Below are positions 14,265 through 26,382 of a DNA stretch of 64,000 nucleotides, piece after piece. How positions within the stretch are numbered: the first letter of the stretch is position 1; every line of letters begins with the position of its first letter. Under the pieces are notes generated by a model that worked only from the letters and a program-made list of their open reading frames with translations, made no database searches and was not told the origin of the DNA. Origin of the DNA: Heptranchias perlo (Eukaryota); contig NC_090356.1 of assembly GCF_035084215.1 (NCBI RefSeq), forward strand, positions 11,966,001-12,030,000, in the 5' to 3' direction. The translations under genes and the position numbers were made by a program.

Positions 14265-14848
14265 TGAGTTTGGAAAAATTCTAATGCTGAATTGGAATGG
14301 GAAGTTTACAGAACAATTAACTCCAAAACCTTTTGAGTTGTAAAATTCTCACTGTATTTGTGCCAAATCTGGGAAAGTATATGCAATTATTTGGGCTGAG
14401 GTAATATACCCGTTTGAGATTTCTCTTCGATATTGAACTACCAGATACAAAAAGTAACTCTGTCATCTCGCAGGCAGGAGAGATTGCTTAAAGCACCTGT
14501 CTCTAAGAATTTTATGCCTTAGATGGTAGCTGGTACAAGACTGAGAAACTGGAGATGACTGAACCGATGTAGCAGAATGCATTAACTATTTTCTGAGCAG
14601 TGTTGTTGCAAATGAATTCATGTTATACATTAGAGTTTATGAACCAGTTATAATTGCATATTTACAAGTTTAATTAAATTGAACTAATTGTAAATGGTAC
14701 ACCAATGCTTTGTAAAATATGTTAATTATGGCATATTGCAGTACTATGAAATAGCTATGTCTGTTTTATGCTGCAGTATTACAACTTTGTTACCAGTCTC
14801 TGTCAGGAACCATTTCTAATAGTTTCAAAGAGTTATTATTACAGTCTA

Positions 14849-15000
14849 CTTGGCTCAGTTGGTAGCAGTCCCATCTCTGGATGAGAAGGTCGTCACCAGG
14901 AACTGAGCACAGAACCTAGACTGGCACTCCAGTGGAGTACTGAGGGAGTGCTACTTTGTCAGATCAGATGTTAAACCGAGGTGGCATCTGTCTGTTCGGG
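14849..15000 (+). mobile_element. Degenerate SINE 5' fragment (same family)
   Basis: TGGCTCAGTTGGTAGCA A-box and AGTACTGAGGGAGTGCT body motif. Confidence 0.65.
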
Positions 15001-15927
15001 AGGTTTTGGTCTTTTTTATGATCACATTCCTTTGTTCTGTGGTTAATTTTTTTAATTAACAAAGCGGTTCTGATGACATCTGATTACTGAGTGGAATTGA
15101 CATACACAGTTGATGCTGAATCATTCCTGGGTTGATGAGTATATGAGGACTAATGCCAATTCATCCCCTTAACAGTAATCTATGTAAATACAAGTCTTTA
15201 ATTAGTAATTCCTTCATGCCAGTACTCTAATGTTGTCATTAGCACTTGGTTAAACGAATGGAACAAAAAGACATGAAAACTGGAAAGCCAGTGAAAAGGT
15301 AGAAAAACTGGGAAGCTGTATTCTTTGCAATTTTTTGTGAGCCTGCAATTTTGTTGCCAGGATAAGGGAGTTGGATTTAGTACCATAAGTTGTGGGAGCC
15401 AACTCACAGGTGGCAGTCTCCCAAAATCCAATCGAAACGCTGCTAGTATAAAAATGGCTTAATTTAAGCCTGCTTTACATTGCAGTGCTGGCGCTAATGA
15501 CAGCCTGATTTCTGAACTGTAATGTAAGTGAGTTGGCAATACTCCTGTCAGGTGAACAAGAACTAGTGTTTTTCCTAGGCTCTTCCAGAAGTAGCAATAC
15601 TGCTGTCAGCAGATGTCGGCAGCATGCTGCCCACGGGTAGGCTGAACGCTGAACCCACTGCTTTTTAAAGATTGCTGCCTTGTGAACCTTCCCCGTCATT
15701 GCTTTCCTGCTGCTGCCAGTGCTGTGGAATCTGTCTACATTCTTCATAGGGCGGATTCCACAGCACAGGGTGACCCAGCACATTGCTGAGCTGCTTTAAA
15801 TAGAAATGGTACCAGAGGAGTTCCAAATATCTATTTAGATAAATGAATTTTGATTACAATGTTGAAAAATTAGCCTTTATCGTAATAGTTATTTGAGTTG
15901 TTGAAATATAGGGCTTCATTGTTACAG

Positions 15928-16074
15928 ATCCATTGATGGACACTCTGATGAATGATCCTGTGAAGCTGCCCTCTGGGACCATAATGGACCGCTCTATTAT
16001 TTTAAGACATTTATTGAATTCTCCAACAGACCCATTTAACCGCCAACACTTGACAGAGAATATGCTGGAGCCAG
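15928..16074 (+). CDS. UBE4B: UBE4B coding exon, U-box domain
   Basis: ttacag|ATCCAT...GCCAG|gtaaag; (D)[48 protein letters not shown] = U-box signature. Confidence 0.98.
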
Positions 16075-16747
16075 GTAAAGAATGTTACTTTAAACCTATA
16101 TAAACTTTTATCTTAGTGCACAAATTATTAGCTTCCTCCAATGGCCTACTGGTTAAATGCACTACCTAATGTGCTAAGCTCCACAGACCAGGAAGGTTTT
16201 AGGTTCAGCCTGTGGTATGATATCAGTACTGGTGTCAATAGGACAAGTAAAATTGGCTACATGCTACAAAGGGGAAAAATCAGCTCGAGTTCTCTCTTTG
16301 ATCACCAACCAATAAGTCTTTTTGGAAAATGTGAGCATTTAGACATCAGGTACGGACAGGATTGGACTCCATTGCGATGCTCAGCATGATAGAATACCCT
16401 GCCACGCTCATTATGAAGACTGGCCATTTGGGACAAGCACCAGAGTGCTGCTGGCACCTGTGGAATTGTACCCCAGCACAAGTCACTGCCTTTAGGGGAG
16501 GGTACAAGAAAATTGAAGTGAGGGAGATATTGAAGACTGCACAGCATTTTTGTTCTCTTAAAACATTGCAGCAAAGTGGCAGGGCAAGAGTTTACACTGT
16601 GAGCCACCGTACCAATTTGCCTGATCTTGGCCTTTAGTTTTGTGCAAGCACTGAGCAGAATCCAGGTGCTTTCAGACAGGGATGAAAGGAAAATGAACAG
16701 TGTCTCTTTCTAGTAAAACTCCCAATCAAAAGACAGCCTAACCACCT

Positions 16748-17449
16748 CCCCGTGACATTCAATGACATCACCATCACTGAATCCCCCACCATTAACATCC
16801 TGGGGGTCATCATTGATCAGAAACTCAACTGGACCAGTCACATAGAGCAGGTCAGAGGCTGGGATTCTGTGCCTCGTGGCTCATCTTCTGACTCCCCAAA
16901 GTGTCTCCACCACATACAAGGTACAAGTCAGGAAAATGATGAAATACTTTCCGCTTGCCTGGATGAGTGCAGCAACACCACTCAAGAAGTTCAACACTAT
17001 CCATGACAAAGCAGTCCACTTGATCAGCACTCCATGCACTAGTTTAAACAACCACTCCCTCCACTACTGGTGCATTGTGGCTGCAGTGTGTACTATCTAC
17101 GGGATGCACTGCAGCAAGTCGCCAGGGCTTCTTTGGCAGCACGGCGCCCAAACTCGCAACCTCCACCACCTAGAAGGACAAGGGCAGCAGGTGCATAGGA
17201 ACACCATCAGCTCCAAGTTCTCCTCCAAGTCACACCATCCTGATTTGGACATGTATCACTGTTCCTTCATCATCGCTGGGTCAAAATACTGGAACTCCCT
17301 ACCTAAAAAAGCATTGTAGGAGTACCTTCACCACACGGACTCCAGCAGTTCCAGAAGATGGCCCACCGCCATCTATTCGAGAGCATCTAGGGATGGGTAA
17401 TAAATGCTGGCCTTGCCAGCAATGCCCATATCCCGAGAATTAAAAAAAG
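16748..17449 (+). mobile_element. CR1-group LINE 3' fragment (second LINE family) with A-rich tail
   Basis: Translations ILGVIIDQKLNWTSHI, YKVQVRKMMKYFPLAW and WNSLP; tail GGGATGGGTAATAAATGCTGGCCTTGCCAGC...AAAAAAA. Confidence 0.85.
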
Positions 17450-17770
17450 ATCTGGTACCAGTTGGTTCAGAGTAACTTTGGCAGAGGCTGTGTTTTCTTG
17501 TTTTATATATTCATTTATATCTTGGAATAGTTTTTTTTTACAAAAGGAGACTCTGATCTAAAGGTGTAAACAAAAGACCAGGATTCTGATGCTTAAAATT
17601 CCTAGGATAAGATAGATTGAGAAACAAATGCATGACATCATTGTGTTAGATATTTGTGATTGCCTTTTTTTCCTCCTTGAAAATGCAAGGTGTTAGATGT
17701 TATGAAGGAAGGAGGTTGGTTGAAGTAGTTCCATTCTCTTCTCTGGATTGTTCCATTTTATATATTACAG

Positions 17771-17841
17771 TGCCCGAACTGAAGGAAAAGATCTATGCCT
17801 GGATGAAAGAGAAGCAACATGCAAATCGTTCTTTACAGTGA
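17771..17841 (+). CDS. UBE4B: UBE4B last coding exon with stop codon
   Basis: ttacag|TGCCCG...; (V)PELKEKIYAWMKEKQHANRSLQ*; TGA at 17839-17841. Confidence 0.94.
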
Positions 17842-19090
17842 AGTGTTACTTAAGATGGATACAGTGAGAAAAGTTTGTAGTTCTGAACGTAGACCACCAG
17901 ATTATTAAGACCCAAAAGCAAATCTGCTCAACGGTGAGGCTTTGTAGGCTACGTTTGCTGCACTGATATTAAAAAGGGTGAACTGAACACATTAGAAAAA
18001 TTTAATGTCTCTGTAAATAAATTTAATTTAAAGAACAAAAACAATTAGAAGGAGAAAAGTTCAGAGGTGTTGGGTACAATTTAGAATACCTTTTCAGTAC
18101 AGCTACACGTGACCAATCCAAGTTTAAGGATGGTGCACTCAAGGCCTTGCAGCAATTTTGAAACAAAAAAGGGTCTGAGCAACAATGTTTTTTAAATGAC
18201 TGTATTAACAGAAGATAGTCTGTATTTTAGGTTGAAGTTATTACTGTATCTTGCGACCAGTCGCTGCTAAAGGGACTGTTTTGTTTGCTGCACTAAATGT
18301 TCCTCAAAACCAAAGTGATGCACAGGCCCTTTCCCTAAAAGCTGATGTTTTAATTATGAGGCATAATCTGTTGGCTCACAGGATTAAAGGTGAGACTATT
18401 GAATTCTATTTGTTTATCATTAATTTATATATTTTTTTCTATCTTACCCTCTGCCTTGCTCCTGCCCCCCTTCCCCAGTATTTACACCTATGCATAGACT
18501 TTCATGCAAACTGTAACCAGGAAAGGAGGTTATGAATTTCCTCCATTTCTGCCAACCATGTTTTATGGCCATCGTATTTTCCACAGTATGAACTGCATTA
18601 TTGGAATATTTTGATTGCAATAAGGTTTTTTTTTTAAAAGAGACATTTCCTCTTAGAAACAACCTCAGTCCAGCAGCTGTGGGGTTGCCTTCCTCTCCCA
18701 GAGGACTTTTTATTGTTGCCACAGCACTAGAGGGCACTCTTGTTTTCCAAGAGTTCCTTCAGCCTTATACCGAAATGTTTTAAGTAGTGAATAGTTGATG
18801 CCACTTGAGTGAGTACCTGACAGTGAATAGAAACAAAAAATCCAAACCCTTTTTCTGTCTACTTTGTTGTATTCACTTCTGTTACATTAATTAGAGCTTT
18901 TAATTCTTGTTAGTTGACTACATTTTCTGAATACATTTTTATCACATTTACAGTCTGTATAATTTGCTGCAAAGCTAGTTATTTCAACAGTCCTGAATTG
19001 CAGCAAGTTAAAGTAACGTGAAATTACTTTGCATTTTGGAAAATTTTCTTTTCAAGTTAAATAAAATATGCAAGAACTTGCTAAACACAT
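17842..19090 (+). other. UBE4B: UBE4B 3' UTR with candidate polyadenylation signals (true end unknown)
   Basis: Repeat-poor AT-rich sequence after the stop; AATAAA at 18016-18021 and 19060-19065, with further ones at 20714 and 20926. Confidence 0.5.
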
Positions 19091-20261
19091 CCCAAATTTC
19101 AGTGATTTCCAGATAAATGAGTCACTCATATTTCCACAAAAGTGCATTGACTTGAGAAGGATTGATTCTGCTGCCATTGTGCTTCTAGTTTAAAAATCAC
19201 CTCGTATCAGTGCGATATCTTGATGTTTTTGTAAACTGCTATATTGTGACATCTGCAATTCTGCTGCATGAATCCAGTTACAATAGCAAAACAGGACTGG
19301 TCACCATTTCCCTTCAGTGCAGCAACAACTGTGTAACAGGAAAAGGAAATCCAGTTATCAGATTTGAGTATTTGGATTTTAAATTATCTGGTCCAATACT
19401 GAAACTGCGTATCCCATGTTGCCAGGTTGTACAGTGACCAGTGTTGTGTTGGTATAAACCAATTGCAAGATTATGAGAATGATAGCTGCTGCATGAAGCA
19501 TCAAAAATCTTGAAATTGTAATTGTCTAGTTTAATTTTTACAGTAAAATCCATAAATATTGTACAAAATCATTACAAAAACAGCAATAAGTAGAAACAGT
19601 ACAAAATAGTGTCAAAGGAAATTGGAAGTTTTATGATAGCTTTATGCAGATTATAAAGACCTAGCTCTTATGACCTACAATTCTACGCACAATTAAACCT
19701 GTATTCCTGCAAATTTTCCCTTCAAGCGCTCCCTTTCGATTCAGATGCACGCATGTGGTTGCTTCAAATTCACCTGTCGGGTGTTTTGAACTTGATTGTT
19801 AAAATATTTTACAATGCTCCTAGTTTCCAAATTGATGATTTTTACATTTATTTTTTCAAATTATATTGATCCTTAACTATATAGCTGTGTGTTTTTATGC
19901 AATTTACTCAAATAACAAAGGATGTGGTAGCAAAAGGGATAATTGAGGAAGTGTTCAAAATAGCTGGATGTAAAATATGAGTCTTCATTTCAAGTCTCCA
20001 ACAAGCATTTTCCCAACATTATTCAACAGTCCACCGAATCCTGTGCAAGCTATTTTAGGATCCAGAGCCCATTTCTACGACATCACCTGTTACAGTCTGC
20101 CTGCCCTAACTCTCGAGTAAATAACTATATAGTTGTATTGAATACTGGACATTGACAGCTCACCGGTATACAATTAACATCAGTTGACAGCTCGCTATAT
20201 ACTTTATTAAAAGATATACTAAATAGTCTGTACGTTGAAAGTCCACCAAATATCCGGACTT

Positions 20262-20478
20262 AATAAAAAGAAAAAAAACTGGAAATCTGCAATAAAAGCA
20301 GAAAATGCTGGAAATACACAGTAGGCCCAAGAACATCTGTAAAGGGAAAAGACAGGCCAGCATTTGAAGTGTATACAGCAGGGTATACACCCTGAGACTT
20401 TAACCTGTCTTTTCTTTTTACAGATGCTGACTGACCTGCTGTGTATTTCCAAATGTTTGTTTTTATTTCAGATACCTG
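20262..20478. mobile_element. Older inverted-repeat element, family B (Penelope-like terminus), degenerate
   Basis: Imperfect inverted arms AAAATGCTGGAAATACACAG...ACATCTGTAAA and TTTACAGATGCTG...CTGTGTATTTCCA; homologous to 33590-33730 and 34325-34460. Confidence 0.6.
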
Positions 20479-22558
20479 GACTTAGTTTGACTATATCGCT
20501 GCAATATATACAAGTCTTGCTTCGTAAAGAACTGAGTCATTCAACAGCCCAAAACTTAGAACATAAAAGGTACATTTTAACTAGCTATCAAACTTTACCC
20601 CGCCCGTCTTCCCCCCCCCCCCCCCCCCTAACTAGAATATTTAAAAAAATGCCTTTGCACAATTGTGTAAATTTTCTACGGCAATAGTGTTATACACGTG
20701 GACTAGATTATTAAATAAAGGAATTCAGACTAATTCTTTTAATAAGTGCATCTCTTGCATTTTTTTCACTTTTTCATTCATTTCTATCCTTTCAGAATCC
20801 CTTGTGTTTAATCTTTTGAGCCAACATTCATTGCCATGGTCAGATATTGTTGGTTTTTTTTTTTCTCTTTACACAGAAAAAGCATTTAAGGCACCTCTGT
20901 GTGCAAGTTGTACAGCCACATCTTCAATAAAACTGCCACTGGTATAATGCAGATTATGAGCTCATCGCTGCATTATGTGAGGCAAAATCTACCCCTTTCC
21001 AGTTCAGACATGTAACATGCACATCAATCTGTTGATAATTTGACCTAAACTTTGAAGTTCATTTTTTGTTACTTTTTAAAAAAAAATATATATATAATGC
21101 GACCTATTGAGAAAATGGATGTTAACCCTTTCTAACCCAGAACTTTTCTCAAGAAAAAGCTACCGCAGTTCAAATTGGGAGCCACCGGTAGTGTCCAACT
21201 TTACTGTATTAGTGTTTTGATCAAATGTAAAGGCTCACGATTCCTGACTAATACTACATTTGGTGACCTCTTTTGAAATTTAGACAGTTAATTATTTAAA
21301 CTCATAATAATACTTTCTTGCATAAAAGGACCATTTAGACCTTTCTGGGCTAGAAAGGGTTAAAATTTGTTAAATTTGAGATTGTCAAATCTGTTGCGTA
21401 AGGTAATTTGAAAGTCTTTAGCCAATTATAAAGATACCATGATAGTGTGATAGTGCTGATGTATCCTTTTTACCCTGGTATTGTTGAACTGGAAATTCTA
21501 GCACTGAGGCAAGAAAAGGAGGAAATTAAAAGCTACATTGTCCAACTAAAATTTGCATTTTTGGTAATGTTATACTGCCCCTTGCTCCAGGTACTTGAAT
21601 TTCTGATTTTTATTTCGAAAAGCTGGAAGCTTTTTTTTGTGTTTTGTTTTTCTATAAATGCTGTTATAATCAGAGAACTGTTTTTAATGATAAACCTGCT
21701 CAGAATGGTGATTCCTATGGACTGTTCTGATTGCTCCCAATCTTTGAATTCCAATAAATGGTGGTACACATCCCAAATACAAAATGGTATCATTGTCTTC
21801 TACTGTTAAGTGGGTTTGAGGTTCTCCATATTGTTTTTAAAGCTGAATGTACACATACTTGGTGACTTTTGGTCTGAACTGAATTCCCATCAAAGTGTTC
21901 CATGCTGTGCAACTCATTGCTTGTCTATATTTTCACTGTTCTGCTGACTGTGGAAGCACCAAATACACATGGAATTATCTTCACTCTCAAGTTATGGGCA
22001 CCTGTTAAGTCACATACATGTCTCATTCAAGAATTCTGCTCAGTTTATTATGGGATACATTGGGTGTTTATCTTGCTCTGTTAAATTGCCTCCATTTCAC
22101 AGGCTTGATCAAATTTGAGTTCCAGCCAGCACAGGTATGTACCTTTTAATTTGAGCTGGATTCAAATTAGCCTATTCTACAACTTTTTGTGCACTGTGTA
22201 TTTAACATCTAATTAGGATATGGTCTGAATTTTACTCGTGTGAATGGCTAAAGTTACGCAGGAAGGATGTCCATGACAATTAACTGTGAAATCAGGTTAT
22301 TAATTCATACTGCTCTATTTAAAGGCAAAATTTGCATGGAATTGCAGAGGAAGGAATGGGTGAGCAATTAGATCAGGAGAATGTGTTAGCACCACATTGT
22401 GGCGCACAAGCACAGATTTAGGGAGAGGTGTGGATTTAATGTTCCTCCTGTCCAGCTATCTGCATGAACCATATAAAACATATTTCACAGTATTCACACT
22501 TCAATGTCTTCATATACTCTGTGCATAGGTATTTAATAGGTCATTTTATTTTATTTAG

Positions 22559-23316
22559 GTGTCAGCCTTGGCTCAATAATAACGCACTCACCTCCGAGTC
22601 AGAAGGTTATGGGTTCAAGCCCCATTGCAGACACTTGAGTACATTATTTAGGCTGACATTTCAGTGCAGTACCGAGGGAGTGCTGCACTGTCGAAGGTAC
22701 CATCGTTTGAGTAAGACGTTAAACTGAGGCCCCATCTTCCATCTTGGTTGAGTGTAAAAGCTCCCATGGCACTATTCAAAGAAGAGCATGGGAGTTTTCC
22801 TGGTGTCATGGCCAATATTTAAACCTCAACCAACATCACTCAAACAACTTCGACAGCACCTCCAAAACCCATGACCTCTACCACCTAGAAGGACAAGGGC
22901 AGCAGGCACATGGGAACAACACCACCTGCACGTTCCCCTCCAAGTCACATACCATCCCGACTTGGAAATATATCGCCGTTCCTTCATTGTCGCTGGGTCA
23001 AAATCCTGGAACTCCCTTCCTAACAGCACTGTGGGAGAACCGTCACCACACGGACTGCAACGGTTCAAGAAGGCGGCTCACCACCACCTTCTCAAGGGCA
23101 ATTAGGGATGGGTAATAAATGCTGGCCTTGCCAGCGATGCCCACATCCCATGAACGAATAAAAAAACCCAGATTATTCGTTCATTTATCTCATTGCTGTT
23201 TGTGGAACCTTGCTGTGTGCAAATTGGATGTCTCTACATTACATCAGTGACTACACTCAAAAATACCTCCTTGGCTGTGAAATACTTTTGGACATCCTGA
23301 GGTCATGAAAGGTACA
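22559..23316 (+). mobile_element. Deu-domain SINE interrupted by a LINE tail
   Basis: Head and body 22559-22847 and core/tail 23167-23316 are colinear with the intact copy at 60867. Confidence 0.85.
22848..23166 (+). mobile_element. Nested LINE 3' end (same family as 16748-17449)
   Basis: Shares CCACCTAGAAGGACAAGGGCAGCAG...GGGATGGGTAATAAATGCTGGCCTTGCCAGC and the A tail. Confidence 0.88.
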
Positions 23317-26300
23317 ACAGAAATGAAAGTTTTTTTTTCTTTACTGACAAAATAGTCAAATTGATATTTGTAGATACTAGTAAGTTCCCATCTATTCTCT
23401 TCACAGAACATATAGTGAAAGCAGTGTTCTGCAGTGGGCATTGGATGAACACTTTGCATCACACTGAATTTAATTCCAAATAATAAAGTGCAATAAAAGT
23501 ATTGGCACAGTACAATCAACAGTCATTTGTTTACTCCATGATGATTTATAATGGAAAAATTCTAAATGTTATGTTATCGCAAAAGCAACAATTTCAGGCA
23601 GGAGTGGTCCATCTAACTTACCCATTCAACTTCACATAAGATGGCCTTCTGCATTTGTAAATCTGGTAACGCTGAATCCAACTGGAACATGTCTCGTCCT
23701 GCTGTAGCTTTTTGTTGCTGGTTTCACATGTTTATCTACCTTTTGCTGAAAAGTTTGCCTGAATTTCCTATTTATTTAGCCTCCCTTAATTTGAAACTAT
23801 AACCCCTTGTTCTTGAGCTATTTTGAGAAAATATTTTCTCCTTCTCTACAAGGTGTAGTTTTTAGACCACATTTCATTTAGTTTTGATTCCACATGTGCA
23901 GAAATACTGAAGCCATAGTCGACTGTGGTTCAGTCTAAAGTGAACTGGATCCATGCCTGATGGACTTTATAACGGTCCAGAAAAAAATTCCATTGCTTCA
24001 AAATGGGGCGGATCATGTAAACTGGCAAAAATTCAATGACAACTCACAAAGCTCAGTTTTTTTTTACCCAATCCAAACCAGATGGAGAATTTACTGATGG
24101 GTGGAGATTCCTTTGAAATTTCACTTTCTTTCTATGAAACACTGTTCTTTTGAAAAGAATTTACCTTGTACGCTTAACATTTTCAAATTGATTACTATCT
24201 CCCATCCCTTGAATTGTGAACATTAATTTGTTGTTTGTTAATCTGTCGGAATTACTCTGTTGCAATACACATGACATGTCAGAGCAAACTGTGGGCATAT
24301 AATGAAGATCTCCACTGATTAGAGTTGATCATAGCAGCATTAACTCCTTTTGCTGGGAATACCTTCCACATAGCCAGTATTCTGGGGGGAGGGGTGGGTT
24401 ATGGGACTCTTCTAATCTCTTGTCCCCTTTGAGGATTATTAATTTTGTCCTTCTGTTCTATGATTACAAGCTGAGTGCAACATCCATGTTGGAAGTTCTA
24501 TTTTTTTTGGAGGCTGATCAATCTGTGGTAGTGAAGTCCTTTTAAGAAGGCATTAGATGCATTTTTGAAGAACTACATGATCACGGCAGAAAGAAGTAAG
24601 ACTTTTGGTAACAGTCAATGGGATGGGATCTGCTGGAGCCTGCCTGATCACCTTTGAAGGGTCAGAGAGGAATTTTTGACAGCAGATTCCTGAATTGGCT
24701 CAGTGTCTCTGAAGAGTTAGGTACATTAGAGGAGTCCAACAAAACAAATAGTGTGAGCGAGTTGGGGGCTTATGGCATTTTTAACACATTATTCATGTAT
24801 GTTGCCATTTAAAGATTTGAATTGCATTTTTTGAGTGAAAATAAGTTGAGCCTTTCTTCATAAATTAGGCCATTGAGTCCCGGAATCAAACTTTCTCCTG
24901 TGGAATGTGTCGTCTTGAAAGTGGAGTGTCCAAAATTTATACATGGTATGCTAAATGTGATCCTACCAATAACTTTGGGCACCCTCCAGGTACATCCTAG
25001 TACTTAATTAGTCCAGTTGATAACTTAGATTGACCGGATACTTTGTGAGTTGTCAGTGATCATCCAGATTCTTCACTTTTTTTAAAACTGTAACAAGTGA
25101 ATACTCATTTACTGTGCACCTGTATTTCACATTTCTTGTTTCAAGTGTATTACCTTATAAATTACTGAAAGTACCCCCCCCCCCATATCCTGTAAACAAA
25201 ACCCAGAACAAACCTGTATGAAACTCCCAACAATCACTGCCCTTCCCCAGAATGAGTTTTCTTCACACATCTACTTTCTTTGACATCCAGCTCGTTAATT
25301 AGCCATAAATTCCTTCTTTGCAAGTCTCTCATGGAACTTTATCAGATACCTTCTGAAAATCCAAGTAAATTATATTGACTGGATGGCCTTTGTCTATTGG
25401 TTTGGTTACCTCCTCAACTAATTTCAGTGAAGGGACTCTCTCAAGTTCTGGTTCAGTGTGCAAGGAGAGCATTACAATGCACTCTTATTTGACTTCATGT
25501 CGGCTTTTACCAAATGCCTTTCAGTGACTGCATTCCTCAGCATGCAGCATACCCCTATTTGAGCAAACGATTGATAGTAGTTCTTCCTGAGACTCTGACT
25601 AGGCATGGTTTTAAATCACCTGGGCTTCATTGAAAATCAGAAGAAATCCTAGGTACAGCTAGTGTAGCAGCATCGGTTTCATGGCATCCTTTTCTCATAC
25701 CATGTGATGGATGGTCTCCCTGTTGTTGGAAAAAAAAATTGCAATCAGTTGTTGGAATGCTTTTCGGTGGATCCAGGATTCAAGCCTAGAGTTACACTAA
25801 AATAGTTGTCTAGTAAAATAGTTGTCTAGACCCTTGTACCTGAATCTTGTGCAATAGTCAAGTCATAAACGCACTTTTAATTATTCTCAGATGTCAGATT
25901 TAAAGAAGAGAAATGCTGAAAAGACTCAACTTATTTTACTATTGGACACAAGGCAATTTAAATTTTCATACATCCACATTAAAGGACTAGACATTACTTT
26001 TCAAAATTTCTCTAACAGGGTGGCACAGCAGTGTGTCAACGTATGCCACTGTGAAGAGCTAGGACTTAGTTTCACGTAAATACTAACCTCACTAGCATTC
26101 CTGTTCAAAAGTAGCCAGGTAGAGGCTAGACACTTCCTAACTAGGAAGGAATGTCGGAGAGAGAGTCAGCCTGAGCTACTCTAGCCTATTACCCAGGGGT
26201 TAATTTAACAGCACGATTGCCAGGAGCAGATCATCTGCTTAGCCCCTCAGCCACACATGGTGCATGGTAACCCAATCAAACAATGAGAAAATATTTGGTG

Positions 26301-26382
26301 GGGAGTGGAGGGAACTTGCCCATATCACACGATATTAGCACTGTATTTTGTATATTTTAAATTTCTACTCTGAACAAGAAAT

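Noticed and set aside
17815-17841. UBE4B C-terminus (QHANRSLQ) differs from human
   Set aside because: Ordinary divergence of the few residues after the U-box; frame and splice phases are intact.
25798-25829. 16-bp tandem duplication TAAAATAGTTGTCTAG
   Set aside because: Isolated slippage-type duplication with no wider structure.
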